Assembly (NCBI GenBank): GCA_028534125.1
Contig: CM052816.1
Coordinates: 26,476,001 to 26,539,500 of the forward strand
From: Lama glama
Lineage: Eukaryota
Direction: 5' to 3'
Length of the DNA: 63,500 nucleotides
Both the position numbers and the translations under genes were made by a program. Shown in pieces: positions 11,901-25,200 of this stretch (position 1 is the stretch's first letter; each line of letters starts with the position of its first letter). The notes beneath the pieces were generated by a model that was not told where the DNA came from, made no database searches, and saw nothing but the letters and a program-made list of their open reading frames with translations.

Positions 11901-13751
11901 ATACAACCGTGTCTGTATTCAGAGCTGCCAGGAAATGCTGCTGGGACTTGGTTACAAATCAGCCCTCCTCTGGCAAACCTGCCAGGGACAGAATTTATCC
12001 CCCTCCTCTCCCGGGGTCTGTTTCCTTGTCTCCTTGTTCACGCTATTTTTCATTCTCTAGTCCTCTCCTCCCCAAAGGATGTCTCTCATCAGGTTCTCTT
12101 TAAGGCCTTATTACATGGACCTGATCTAAAGGAGTATCACTCCCCTTCCCCTGTTAACAGTACTCCCCATTGCTGTGCAAAGCCTCACTGCTGCCTCTGT
12201 TGTCACAAACCCAGTTGATGGACTGGCCTGCTTCTGTGTTGAGGACTGAGAACTCGAGGGACAAAGATGGGGACACAAAAGGTCTTCACCTGCCTCTCTT
12301 GTCTAAGCTTGTTCTTTGCCTCCACGTCTCTCTCTCCTGGTACCTAAAGGAGTACAGTGCCATGTTTGTTCGAATTAACATTGCCAGAGACTAAGACGGG
12401 GTTTCAGAATTAAAATGCATTCCCCATTGTCGAGGAAAGCACAGGACATGAGAAGAATGGGGCCTTCCTAACCTTTATTCATCACCTTCCATTCCCCAAG
12501 ATTAAACGGCACAGCATTTTCTAACGAAGGTGATTTCTGAATACTGGGCTAGAATGGCTTTTTACATACCAATCATAGAACAGAACAGATAAAATTTACA
12601 TGGAGTATTTGTGTCTGTAAGTCCTGAGAAATTTGGGAAATTAAGAAGGTCCCCCCACCGCCCCATTTCTTTTAGAAAGCATGTGAAAGCATTCTTTTCC
12701 TACTAAATGGATTTACTCTAACTGCCTAATTCATTATGCTAAAACCATGAAGCAATTTCCTGTTCAAAGCCCAGCTCACAGACTCTCTGTTGTCAAGTAT
12801 TTGAATTTCAGATTAGAAATGTGTTCATTTGGATAGCTTGAAAAGAGAGCTTTGTTGTCAACTTGGCTTTATGTTCTGCCAGAAGCCAAATCCCTCCTCT
12901 TCAGCAGTCACCAGCAAAATACCAGACCTCAACTCTGGCCTCAATGTCTTGAAACAAACACAAACACCTCTGGCCTCTATGGTCAAAACAATGCTTAGAG
13001 ATTTACTTTCCCTAATAATACAGTTCTCTCTGATGACCATTTCTGACAGAGAGTAGCAAATATTTAGGGTCTCCACTCTGTCTCCCCTCGCTTTCATATC
13101 ACCATCACCCATCACAATGTTGTTGTTTTTTTAAAAAAAGAGGAGTATTTCTGCCAGAATATTTTTTCGAGTAAATTAGTTCTGTTAGTATCTGAGCTGT
13201 TTGTAACAGAACAGTGAATTGACTGGGGCTATATTTTTGTCACCCTTTGTCTACACTGTGTAACACTGTCCCATCCACCTGCCGTTACTTGTGATGTTTT
13301 TCCCTTATTGATCTTAGAAATTTTTACACAGCTGCTCAGAAAGTCAGAGGTCATGCTTTTGAGCTGAAGAAACGAAGTGCAGAGGGGCAGAACTCCTTGT
13401 TGCATGTACAAGGGCAAAAGAAAATAGACACCTGCTAGGCTAATGACCATGGAGGTTCTGAGACTGGGTGGAAAGTCAGGCAACAATTTTTGCATTTTTG
13501 AAACTGCAGCATTCTACAGCATTGTCAGTTTAGTTCTGTGATTGCATTGTGACCATCTGATTATTATTCATCGATAAATATTTGTTGAGGCTTCCTGTAT
13601 GCAGTTCTCAATCCAGTCTTTATCTGTGATACCACCATGCAGTATTTTTGATTGTCCCTCATATTAATAACTAGTATGTTAGGTGCTTTACAGTTTACAG
13701 AGTGCTTTCATCATCATTACCTCACTTGTTTGTTATTCTGTTAGACAAATC

Positions 13752-16695
13752 TTTTTTAAAATTTTGAATTGAAATATAATTGACAGTGTAACATATCAAT
13801 TTCAGGTATACACGATGATCCAATATCTATATATCTTGTGAAATGATTACCTCAATAAGTATAGTTAACATCCATAATCCCACATGGTAACAGTTTTTGT
13901 GTGTGTGTATGTGATGAGTACTTTTAACATTTACTCTTAGTAACTTTCAAACATGCAGTGCAGTATTAACCGTAGTCAGCATGCTGTACGTTACATCTGT
14001 ATGACTCCTTTATAACTGGAAGTTTCTACATTTTGACTCCCTTCACCCATTTCCCCAACCCCCAATCCCCCATGTCTGGCAGCTGCCAGTCTGTTCTCTA
14101 TGAACTTGGTTTGTTTATGTTTTTGTTTTTCTAGATTCACAGACGTGAGATCATATGGTATTGGTCATTCTCTATTTGACTTATTTTGCTTAGTAATATG
14201 TCTTCAACGTCCGTCCATGCAAGTGGCAAGATTTCATTCTTTTTTATGGCTGATTAGTATTCCATTGCATATGTGTGTGTGTCTTTTTATATGTATCTCA
14301 TTTTCTTTATCCATTCCTCCATTAATGGACAGTTAGAGTGCTTCCTTAGCAATCTAATTTGCTATTGTAAATAATGCTGCACTGAACCTGGGGGTACTAC
14401 ATATATCTTACTGAGTTAGTGGTTTTGTTTTCTTCAGATAAATACCCAGAAGTGGAATTGTTGAATTATATGGTAGTCCTGTTTTTAATTTTCTGAGGAA
14501 CCCGAATACTATTTCTCATAGTGCAGTCACACAAACAGTGCACAGGTGGTCTCTTTTCTCCACATCCTCACTAACACTAGTTATAATTGTCTTTTTGAGT
14601 ATAGCTATTCTCATAGATGTGAGGCAGTTTCTCATTGTGGTTTTGATTTGCATCTCCCTGACGATTATAGTGATGTTGAGCATCTTTTCATGTACCTGTT
14701 GTCCATCTGCATGTCTTCTTTGGAAAAATGTCTATTCTGGTCTGTAGATAAAATCATGTCATCTGCAGATAGAGATAGTTTTTCTTTTTCAACTCTGATA
14801 CAGTTTCTTTCTTTTTCTTGCCTGATTGCTCTATGACTTCTAGTACTATATTGAATAGGAGTGGTGAGAATGGGCACACTTGTCTTATTCCTGACCTTAG
14901 AGAAAAAACTTTCAACCTTTCACCATGAAGTATGATGTGAGCTGTGGGTTTGTCAATATGGCCTTTGTTATATTGAGATATTTCCTTCTGTACCTAATTA
15001 ATAGTTTTTATCAGGAATGTTGAATTTTGTTAAACGCTTTTTGTGCCCCTTTTGAGATGATCATGATTCTTTTCTTTAATTCTGTTAATGTGATGTATCG
15101 CATTGATTAATTTGCATATGTTGAACAATCCTTGCATTCCAGAGATAAAGCCCACTTGATCGTGGTCTTCAATTCTTTTCATGTGCTGCTGACTTTGGTT
15201 TGCTAGTATTTTGTTGAGAATTTTTACATCCATATTTATTAGGAATATTGGCCTGTAGTTTTCTTTTCTCGTAATGTCCTTCTCTGGTTTTGGTGTCCGC
15301 ATAATGCTGGCTTTGTAAAATTAGTTTGGGAGCATCCCCTCCTCTTTGATATTTTGGAAGAGTTTTAAAAGGATTGGTGTTAATTCTTTAATTGTTGGGT
15401 AAAAATTGCCATTGAAGCCTTCTAGTCCTGGGCTTTCCTTCCCTGAGAGATTTTTGATTAATGATTCCATCTCCTTAGTAGTAATTCGTATATTCGGTAT
15501 ATTCAGATTTTCTGTTTCTTCCTGATTTAGTCTGGGTAAGCCGTATGTTTCTAAGAATTTTTCCAGGTCTTCAAGGTTGTCCAGTTTGTTGGCATATAGT
15601 TGTTCACAGTTGCTTCTTATCCTTTGTGTATCTTTGGTATCCATTGTAATGTCCCCTTTTTCATTTACACTTTAGTTGATCTGGGTTTTTACTCTTTGTG
15701 GTTAGCCTAGCTAAGAGTTTGTCGATTTATATATTGTTTCCAAGAAATAACTTTTAGTTTTGTTAGTTTTTTCTATTGCTGTTCTGTTCTCTAATTTCCT
15801 TTATTTCTGTTCCGATCTTTTGCTGTTCTCCTTCTTCTAACTTTGGGCTCAGTTCTTCTTTTCCTACTTCCTTAGGGCACAGAGTTAGATTGTTTATTTG
15901 GTGTCGTTCTTGCTTGATGTGTTTGTTACTCTGATCTTCTTTGTTGGAACTGTATTTGCTGAATCCCACAAGTTTTGATATGTTGTATTTCCATTTTTAT
16001 TTGTTACAAGACACTTTTTTGTTCCGCCTTTAATTTCTTCTTTGAGTCATTGGTTGTTGAATTTCCATTTGTTCATCAGTTTTCCAGTTTTCCTCTTGCT
16101 GTTGATTGGTAGTTTCATGCCATTGTGGGCAGAGAAGATACTTGGTGTGATTTCACTTTCCTTGAATTTTTTAAGACTTGTTCCGTGGCCTAAAATATGG
16201 TCTGTCCTAGAAAATATGCCATGTGCAGCTGAGAATGTATATTCTCTTGATGGAAAGAATGGTCTCTGTTAGAGCCATTTGATCTATACTGTGTTCAAAT
16301 CCACTGTTTCCTTATGGATTCTCTGTCCACTGTTTCCTTATTGACTCTCTGTCTGGATGATCTATCCATTGTTGAGACTGGGGTATTAAAGTACCCAACT
16401 ATTACAGTCGTAGTATTTACTTCTTTTAGCTCTGCTAGATGTTGCTTTATATTTCGGGGGTATACCAATGTTAGGTACACACATATTTACAACTGTTATA
16501 TCTTAGTAATGTGTTAACCCCTATATCATATAATTACCTTCTTTGTCTCCTTTTATTGTTTTTAGCTTAGTCTATTTTGTGTAAGTATAGCTATCCCTGC
16601 CCTTTTTGGGGGGAGTGGGGTTACCATTTGCTTGAAATGTCTTTTTCCATCCTTTAACTTTCAGTCTATATGTGTCTTTAAGGGCAAGGTGAGTT
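13752..16695 (-). mobile_element. Old LINE-1 (L1MA-type): 3'UTR plus most of ORF2 with an internal ~1.1-kb deletion
   Basis: Minus ORFs [68 protein letters not shown]1MA-like 3'UTR at 13752-14350. Confidence 0.93.
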
Positions 16696-18129
16696 TTTTG
16701 GAGTCCCTGGCGATGATTCAGGCCTTATTACAAAGAGAGGAAAAGTAAAATTAAGGAGAAAGTAAACACAAATTAAGTATTAGATGGTTTTTAAGGGAAT
16801 GCTGTTGAAGGAGAGGAACTCTTATCCTCATGGATGACTTACTTCATGGCCTTTGATCTCATTTATAACTCTTGGCCTACTTAATTCTACTAGGTTGTTT
16901 CTATGCTTTATTTTCCTGAGTTGACAATTAAGGTACAGGATTTTTTTTTTAATTGTAATTCTGATCCACATTATATTGTGATCCAAAAAACTGTATGCTG
17001 ACCCAATATTACACAGTTTCATTCTGAGAAGGAGCCCACAACTTGACATATTAATCACTGAAAGACAAAATGTCTCAAACACAGAAAAAACGTAGTTCCT
17101 ACCATAATACACAGCCTTTTTCAGGTATATAGTTACCATTTTTAGTGAGTTTTAAATAGAGATTCAACATAGATTATCTATCCTCTCTTTTGTTTTCCCA
17201 TTGTATAACCTTTGTTCTGCTTTTCTTTCCTGAGTTACTGTAACCTTAGACCTAATAAACTTTTTCTCCTTGTGCAGAATTAAATAATTTGACTAGTTTA
17301 ACCTCTGCCAGTGGTAGCATATGCTTCCTTGGTTCCTAAGGGGCCGACTGGCAATGATGGTCAGTGCTGAGCTTATTCTGCTTCTCCCAGTCTTCAAGGC
17401 TTTATTAGTTGCCATCTCCTACAGGAACCCTTCATCCACGTTGCTGACCCACAGTGGATTTTCCTCCTGTAAATGTGCGCATATGGTATAATCTCATTTT
17501 CATTTTTCATCACTAATAGTATTTAACCTTCCATGACTTGATATCATCCTTCTGCCACGGGATTGGTACTCTAACTAACTAGTGAGCGATTTATGTCTAT
17601 CTCTGTGTTCCTCATGACTAGCACAGTAGAACTTGTGAGTATAACAAACTTTAGAGTGGGCATGAAAAGGCTGGCTGGTCACCCATCTGTGCTACAAGGT
17701 GTCTGTGCTATGCCTGGAAGATGAGAAGGCGCAGACAAGTGTGTCCTGAAAGACCCACCTTCAAGGCTGATCACTAATGAGTCATTTTATGGCATGACCA
17801 AGGGAGGTATTCTAAAGTTGTAACTATATTAGCTGTGTGACTGTCTCTTCCCCTGTCCTCCCCACTGTAGGTTCTGAGCTGAGCATAATGGGGTGAGCAT
17901 AATGGGGAAAAAAGACCTGGTCCCTGCACAGCTATTCCCTGTGAATAGTGTGTGATAACGAAAGAGTGGAAGAGGGAAGCTTGTACTAGAGCCACAAGCA
18001 GTGGGCAGGGCATGGGGCATAGTCCATAGCTTACTTTGATTGCTCTACAAGTGCACAAAGAATAGCTAGAACTGATGTGTGTGTGTGCCCTGAGTATTAC
18101 AAGTAAGAACATTCCTGTCTAGATGTGCT

Positions 18130-18258
18130 TTCCACTAGATGATAAAGTCTCTACCCTAGGCTAAAAGACCAGGGGCTCTGTCTTTCTCACATTTATACCC
18201 TAGCCCATTTCTGACTAGTCCAGAAGTACCACATTAAAGACATTCAATAAATGTTCTT
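18130..18258 (+). mobile_element. L2 3'-end fragment
   Basis: ccactagat...tgtctttctcacatttataccctagccc...attcaataaatgtt. Confidence 0.6.
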
Positions 18259-19894
18259 AAGGGAAGAAATAGGTCCTTGGAAGAGATAAAAGTTAGTTAT
18301 GTGAGATACTAAGGTTAGGCTCTGACTCATTCATAAGATACTCATACACATTCAAGACCTATTCACAGTGCTGTGTACCACTTACTCCCCAAGATCCTTA
18401 GTTGTTGACCTCCAGCAATGTTGTGCACTTCCCAAGGATCATCAAATGAGTAACGCTTTTTGCTTTTAAGTATTTTCTGAATTCAATGTATTAAATACCT
18501 ATAAACCTTGACAACAAGAGGGGATTAATAGAGATACAAGTCCCGTATTTATTCCTACAGGTAGAGTTGCCAGGCAACCATCACGTTAAAATACACAGGA
18601 CTATCATTGTGGATCCATCTTCTCCTGTAACTCCTTTGCTGCCAAAATGATGATGTATGGATCCATCTTCCAGGCACTCTTACTGGATAAAAATCTTCTC
18701 TTGTAGAAACTGCAGAATACTCTGGAGGTGGCAAAAATGATTCCATGCTTTTAGAGTATTCCTTTTCAATAGAGAAAATGCACTTACATTGAGAGACAAC
18801 TGTAACTTAAAAAATAATTCAGAGCATTAAACTTTGAAGTTAGCAATGTAAAGTATTTATCATAAATTAATATAACACAACAGGGGTGCTATGTACTGCA
18901 GAACAGGTGCTGTCTTACTCATTCTCTGGATACTTCTCAGCTCTCCTCCATCGTAGTTTCATCCATAGCACTCACAGGATGACAATTTTATATCATAAGA
19001 GGTCTCCTGGTAGTGGATATTAATTTATAACAGAGAGGAACAGCACGGAGAGTTTTTTGTGTGTGCGTTGCCAGTAAAACACACAAACTGCTCCCTTGAG
19101 ATACATATGGTTATATATTAGAACATTAGTGATGGCATGAGAGTTAATAAGAGATACAATATACAATATAACCATATATAGTATATATTAATAATCCACA
19201 GGAAATACTGTAGATACTAAAGAAAAGCTCCCAGGATAAATCGTGTTCTACACATAATCTTCAAACATACACAGTGCTTCCCCAGTGGCATTCACAGTTA
19301 TCTGAGGTGAGATATCTGAACTATTATTTTTTTCAATGAAGCATAAACAATAAGATCTTCTATTGTTGTCCATAAACCTTAATAGAACTGCCACTAACCA
19401 AGGGATGAAATAAATGTTGCCAAACTAATAAAAAGCATTAAGCTAGAGTAGTAATTTCTGTAGTTTCTTAAATGACTCCTGTTCCACATGCAAAATATTC
19501 TCAACTTGATCCGTCAAATAAAAATACATAATATTTCGACCTGAGGCTATTCAGAAACACTAATTTAGGATCTGTCTAATATAAGGGACTTGTGCATTTT
19601 GAGCAAAATCTAGCCATAATCCTGTAACTAACATTAAAACTAACATTTAAAAAAATCTACCCCTTATAATTCAAGGACTTTGAAATAGTTTGCTTACATA
19701 ATACTCAAATGGGAAAAATGTTATTCTCGGTTCAGGACCTCAAAAACCACTAATTCCCAGGTAAAAGTTAAATGGCGTATGAAACTGACATACCCTAGAG
19801 CAAACCAGGTATGCTTCACCGAGGATAGCTGTGGTGTCATGAGCCGTTCGTAATGAGCCAGAGTGGGTGTCATGCTGCTGTTCTCTTTCTCTGG

Positions 19895-20103
19895 TTTTTT
19901 AGGTATAATTGACACATATTAGTTTGAGGTGTACAACATAATGATTCTGTATTTGTATATATTGGGAAATAGTCCCCATAGTAAGTATAGTTAACATCTG
20001 TCACCATACAGTTAAAATTTTTTTCTTATGATGAGAAATTTTAATACTCATTCATACCAACTTCCAGATATGCAATACAGTATTCACTGTAGTCACCATA
20101 CTG
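19895..20103 (-). mobile_element. LINE-1 3'-terminal fragment (L1MA-type)
   Basis: ttttttaggtataattgaca...gtgtacaacataatgatt...gtatagttaacatc...tagtcaccatactg; parallels 13770-13990. Confidence 0.88.
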
Positions 20104-20157
20104 ACTACGTTGAGAGACGTTGCCACCCCCTGCGTCTGGCATGCAATATGGGAGTAC

Positions 20158-20212
20158 ATCATCTCCATCTCCATCTCCATCTCCTCCTCCTCCTCCCCCT
20201 CTCCCCCCCCCC
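20158..20212. repeat. (CATCTC)n/(CTC)n/poly-C low-complexity tract
   Basis: catcatctccatctccatctccatctcctcctcctcctccccctctccccccccc. Confidence 0.9.
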
Positions 20213-21989
20213 AAATCTCAACGGTGCTGAGTTGAAACTCTGCCTTTGGTGTCGTGATGTACAACCAGAACTGACGACTGGATATTACCATTTATAATTC
20301 TCATTCCACTGAAGTTTTATAACTGGGTTTTATCAAGCTCTTAACAACATTGGGCCTAGAACATTAACAACAATAGCCATCATTTGCGGATCTATGTACC
20401 AAGGGATTATACACATGATCTCACTGAATGCTTAAAACACTGTCTTTGTGTGGTTTGCAGGTTTCAACATTATTTTCTCAACAAAAGGCACACCTGTGGC
20501 TATCAAATGGAAGGTGGAAGAGACATTAGCTGCCAGGGAAGGAAGACAAATTCTGACTAGTCTATCACTGGGCCTCCTAATGACCTATAGGCAAGCGGGA
20601 AGTCTTTTAACCTCCTCCCCTTCACCTGCATCCTAGGGAGACACAAAGTCACAATGCTTAAGGCTGTGCCTTGTCATGTAGGGATTAAAAACAGACACTG
20701 AAGTTTATGCTGCAAATGCTTAGTATCTTGATCATCTCTTTAAATTTAGTGAAAATACACAGATAGGAATAAAATGACTAACAACCATGTTTAAAAACTC
20801 AGTATTAAGTTTGATGTATGCTACATGGTCTTTTTTCTTGTTTAGTTTCAACGGGTCTTTATTCTGAGTTCTTTAATCTTCATCCTATTGACTGATTTTT
20901 TCCATCTCTGGGGAAGGAGTTCCATTTGATCTTTTTTTCTCTCTTTTATCATGAGCTTCAATACGTGTAACATTCCAATCTGTCAAGACTCCTACTAAAC
21001 TAGACTCACATATTTCATTCTCGAGTTAATCGTCCAATCACCCATTTCTTTACTTCTTATCTTTTGCACGTAAGCTTGAATTTTTGTAGCCATGCTGAAA
21101 TGTGGCACTGTATCATTCACCCTAAGAAATAACATACTCTGACTTTATTTTGTGATTGTTTAGTACTTTTTCTTTACACTATTTCTCTGACATCTTAGCG
21201 TATGTGCTAAGGTATCCATGAAATGATAATAAAAGACCATGTTTTATAGGCAAAGGTTTAATTTTACAAGGAAATCCTAAGATTCTCTCCACAACAGCAG
21301 AAAGTATGAAATCCCAGCAATTAATCAGACTCTAGCAAAAGGTAACAGCGCTTCCCTGACCATAACCAAACCCCATCACTCAGTCTTACAGGTGGAAACT
21401 GAAGTAAATGAGATGAGAAACCTATCTGAAAGGGGGAAAAATGGGTCTCAAAGTAAATCTGAGGTCACACTCCAAATAATATCAAACTTGCAAAAATAGG
21501 GGCAACGGACACATTTAAGACATACATTTAAATATCCTTCCCTCTCTATCCAGTCCCTGTCATCACCTGCCTTGGCTTTGGTGAGTAATTGTGAAACCTC
21601 TTTGTCATACTCTTGGATCTTCATTGAAGTAAATAAATAATAAATTAAGATACTTCAGACACTCCAGAAACCCATCCACAGGATTTATTCTCACCATCCC
21701 TGCTCATTCAACATCTCTGAGGCATCCTGTGCACGGTGGGGCTGTCCCCCAGAAAAGCCCACCCATTGCTTCTCGTCCCAGGCTTCTTACTACGTAGCTG
21801 AAGCCCATCACACACAGCCTTTTTGAAACTCTGCCCCAAACTAGCATTCTGCTAATCAGTCATGTTCTCCCGTGCCACCCGCAAGCTCCCCGGCCAGTGT
21901 GCCTTTGCTCCAGACCCCTGTTCTCTTCTGGCCCCGTTCACAGGCGCAGATGAGCCAGACCAAGGCTCACGGAGGAAACTCCATCAGAG

Positions 21990-22377
21990 CCCATGCATTT
22001 CCAACGTCTGACCTGACAAATACCACAAGCTAGCCACAACAACAAAATTTATTGTTTCACTGTTCTGGGGGCCAGAAATCCAAGGGAAAGGTATCAGCAG
22101 GGCTGTGCTCCCTCTGAAGGCTCAAGGGAAAGGTCTGTTACAGGCCTCTCTCCCAGCTTCTGACAGCACAGTTCCAGTCTCCACATGGCGTCTCCCTATG
22201 TGCGTGTTTCCTGTCCCAATCTTCCCCTTCTATGAAGATACTAGTCGTATAGGATTGGAGCCTACCCTACTAATGTTAACTAATAGCATTTCAACAGTCT
22301 TACTTGCAAGTAGGGTCACATTCTGAGGCACCGGAAGTTAGGACTGTGAATTCTGGAGGACAGTTCACCCCCTTGCA
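21990..22377 (-). mobile_element. MaLR solo LTR (MLT1B/C-like)
   Basis: aaataccacaa...aaatttattgtttcactgttctgggggccagaaatccaag...ggtcacattctgagg diagnostic MLT1 blocks. Confidence 0.9.
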
Positions 22378-22423
22378 GAACCCTGGAACAGAAAACTCTC
22401 AATGCTGTTCAACCAATTGGACA

Positions 22424-22493
22424 CAGATGGAAATGCCAGCCCCTCCAACTTGACACGTCAGATGGAAATGCCAGCCCCTCCAACTTGACACGT
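22424..22493. repeat. Perfect 2 x 35-bp tandem duplication
   Basis: cagatggaaatgccagcccctccaacttgacacgt at 22424-22458 and 22459-22493. Confidence 0.98.
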
Positions 22494-23457
22494 AACATTC
22501 TAGACACTCCTCCTCAGTCCTCCAGTCTGACTCCTATACTGCCCATCCCCTGTACCACTTCCCGCCCCCTGAATTCATCTCCCTATTTACCAGCCAACTG
22601 GAGTGGCCAGGAGAAAATGTTCAGGGTCACTTTAACTTAACCTTAATGTGTCACTTTATATAGCCTTTTTCTGCATGTGAGCCTGTTTACTGATTCTCCT
22701 CAAGATTAACTTTGTACAATGTGGGCTTATTTCATTTCAGTCCAATTTGCTTTCAACTGACTATATGACAACTCACTGTCTCTTAATTGGCCTTTATGGT
22801 TTACATTCCTTTTCAAAGCTTCGGACGGTAAGAGGTTTCTCAGCCAGATGGTAATTGACATTTCCCAGGTCCCTCACATTGGGTTTCTGTCTCACCACAG
22901 GAGACTCACTGCCCCTTTCCTGTCATGTTCCCTCTGCTTTCTTGCTGCTCCCCTCCATTCTTCTGATGCTGGGTTCTTTGAGACATTAGTCAAAATCTCT
23001 TCAGCCTCTATGGTGGACACCATTATATATACTTCAAGAGCTTAATTTAAGTCTTCCAAGGCTCCTGTAACAAATTAAATCTAATAAACCCCATAGTTCA
23101 CTCTCTTCTCCTTCTCTTCAGTAATATTTTTAGAAAACTTGAGACTTTCCTAAAAAGATCTCAGATAATACACTTGATGGTATTTTCCTATTTGGCACTC
23201 ATTATGCCCAAATACACTTCAAATCAACTGACATGCATTTCTGTTTTCACTATCTGGTCCTGATGCTGGTTTCATAAGCTGTTGTTATAGTGACTGTTGG
23301 AGAATGTATATCATAATATGTAGAGAAGGGATTCACAGATGTCTTTATAACCTTTTTCTTTTCTTCCAAAGTATTCAGATTCAAATTAGGTCAAACTGTT
23401 CTTCCAGAGCAATCCGTATGCTCTGGCACAGGACAGTGTATTAAAAACCCATGTTTT

Positions 23458-23558
23458 GGGGGTGGGTGGGTAGGTATAGCTCAGTGGTAGAGGGCATGCT
23501 TGGCGTGCACGTGGAACCAAGTTCAATCCCCAGTGCCTCCGTTAAGGGGAAAAAAAAA
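23458..23558 (+). mobile_element. tRNA-derived SINE (vic-1-like), more diverged copy
   Basis: ggtatagctcagtggtagag...gttcaatccccagtgcctcc plus A tail. Degenerate TSD aaaaacccatgtttt / aaaaattccatatttt after a TT/AAAA site. Confidence 0.9.
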
Positions 23559-24298
23559 TTCCATATTTTCTAGTGTGTTCTGCGTTTATGCTCCAGACTT
23601 TGATTAAAGAGAACCATTATCAGGAGCATTTGAAAACAAAAACTTCTCCTAAGAATACATTTTATTGCTCGATCAACTTGATGAAGGTCTTATGAAAAGC
23701 AGCATCTCCTGAGTAGGTAAACATATGATAGTAAAAAGGAGCCATCACATATTTAATCAGAAATAAAATAACAGAACTGAACTAATGATACATATCATGT
23801 ACTTAGCCAAATATTTTTAAAATTTATAAAATTGTATTGCATTTATGTCCAAATCAGGGACAGGAGATAAATGATAAATATAACGAAAGAGGGAATTGAT
23901 GTATATAGTACCGATGAAAGTTAAAATGTTGCAGTACAAATCTCAGATTTACAACATCCCAGGATTGTAACTACTTCAGCGTGCCCTGGACAAGGTGGTT
24001 ATTAGTTGTTAATCTATTCAGGAGGTGAGTTTAGGAAACTAATGGACAAAAGCCAGAGCTGTCTGGACCCTGGAGTGAATGGGTGCTGTGTGAGACAGGC
24101 TGTACAGACTAAGCTTTGGAGAGCTGGGCTAAAGGGAAAACGAGGGACCCCAGGAGCTAAAAGGAAGCAAAGCTCAGTGTGGTCTGAGAGGAGTATGTTC
24201 ATAACACTGACAACTTTCTACCTGGTCACTCTTGTTAGAAAGGCAAAAACTAAGATCCCAGGCTAAATACGTCTCCAGCTACTGAAGATCTAATCCCC

Positions 24299-24475
24299 CA
24301 GCTGTTCTCAATCCTGACTACGCATTACAGTCACATGGAGAGGTGTTTTTTCGTTTTTGTTTTTTTAAATACCAGTGCTCTTCCCACGATCAAGATTAAA
24401 ATTCAGTTGATCTTTCTGGGGCTCAGCAACCAGTAGGTTTCAAGGTTCCCCAGGTGGCTCCAAAGGAGAATCACT
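24299..24475. mobile_element. MER5-like hAT-Charlie MITE
   Basis: Ends cagctgttctcaa ... gagaatcact resemble MER5 TIRs; internal ttccccaggtgg. Confidence 0.65.
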
Positions 24476-25034
24476 CTTGTAGACTAACATGTCCCAAGTG
24501 AACCATGCACACTACTAGTCCTACAGGATTCTCTGCAAAGAAAGGTCCTGTGTCCGAAACGTTTAGGGAGCTCCATGGCACGTGTGCTCATGGTATCTCA
24601 CAAAACACATGAGCCTTCTAAATGCTCTGAGACGTCCTAAAGAAAAGACATCACCGTCCCTCTGTTGGAAAAGCTGCCTCGAGTCAAGGTTTTCCAACTG
24701 TTTCCCCTGCCTTCTATGTTCCACAGACGTCATTCTGAGCAAGTTTCAAGATAATTCAATTTTCAAATACCTGGGTATATATGGCCTTACAATAATGATT
24801 ACCTAACACAAATGTGTAAGACATACTATATCTCGGGGGCAGTGAGGGCGTGGTGGAGTCAGGAAGCCCTGACTTTGCCAGATGTGCGTTTTTAGAGACA
24901 AAGTTGGTCCAGTACAAGGACTGGAGAAAACGAGAGTGAGCAGACTCTCATGGCCCCAACCATGCTGCTTTCAGGGTCCTTTTCCTCAACTACCAGATAC
25001 TTGGGAAGCAGAAACAGAAGGTTCATATGTCAAG

Positions 25035-25200
25035 AAATGGACATTGGAGTAAAAAGACCTAAACTCAATGTCATTTGCTGTTCTTATTAGTTAAGTGACC
25101 TTGAGCAAATTATCAAACTTATGCATCTCAGTGTACTCGCCTATAAAATGAGCATACCAAAATAAAACTCCAAGGGCTGCTAGTAAGTAAAATGAAACAC
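25035..25200 (+). mobile_element. MIR SINE
   Basis: gtgaccttgagcaaattatcaaactt...ctcagtgtactcgcctataaaatgag. Confidence 0.8.

Noticed and set aside
18555..18746. 63-aa minus ORF with repeated tggatccatctt
   Set aside because: Short local repeat; no convincing splice-site pair or homology.
22424..22493. CRISPR-like 35-bp direct repeat
   Set aside because: Only two units, no spacer, eukaryotic context, no cas genes.
24500..24770. Possible additional hAT-Charlie relic
   Set aside because: Similarity is too weak to assign family or ends by eye.
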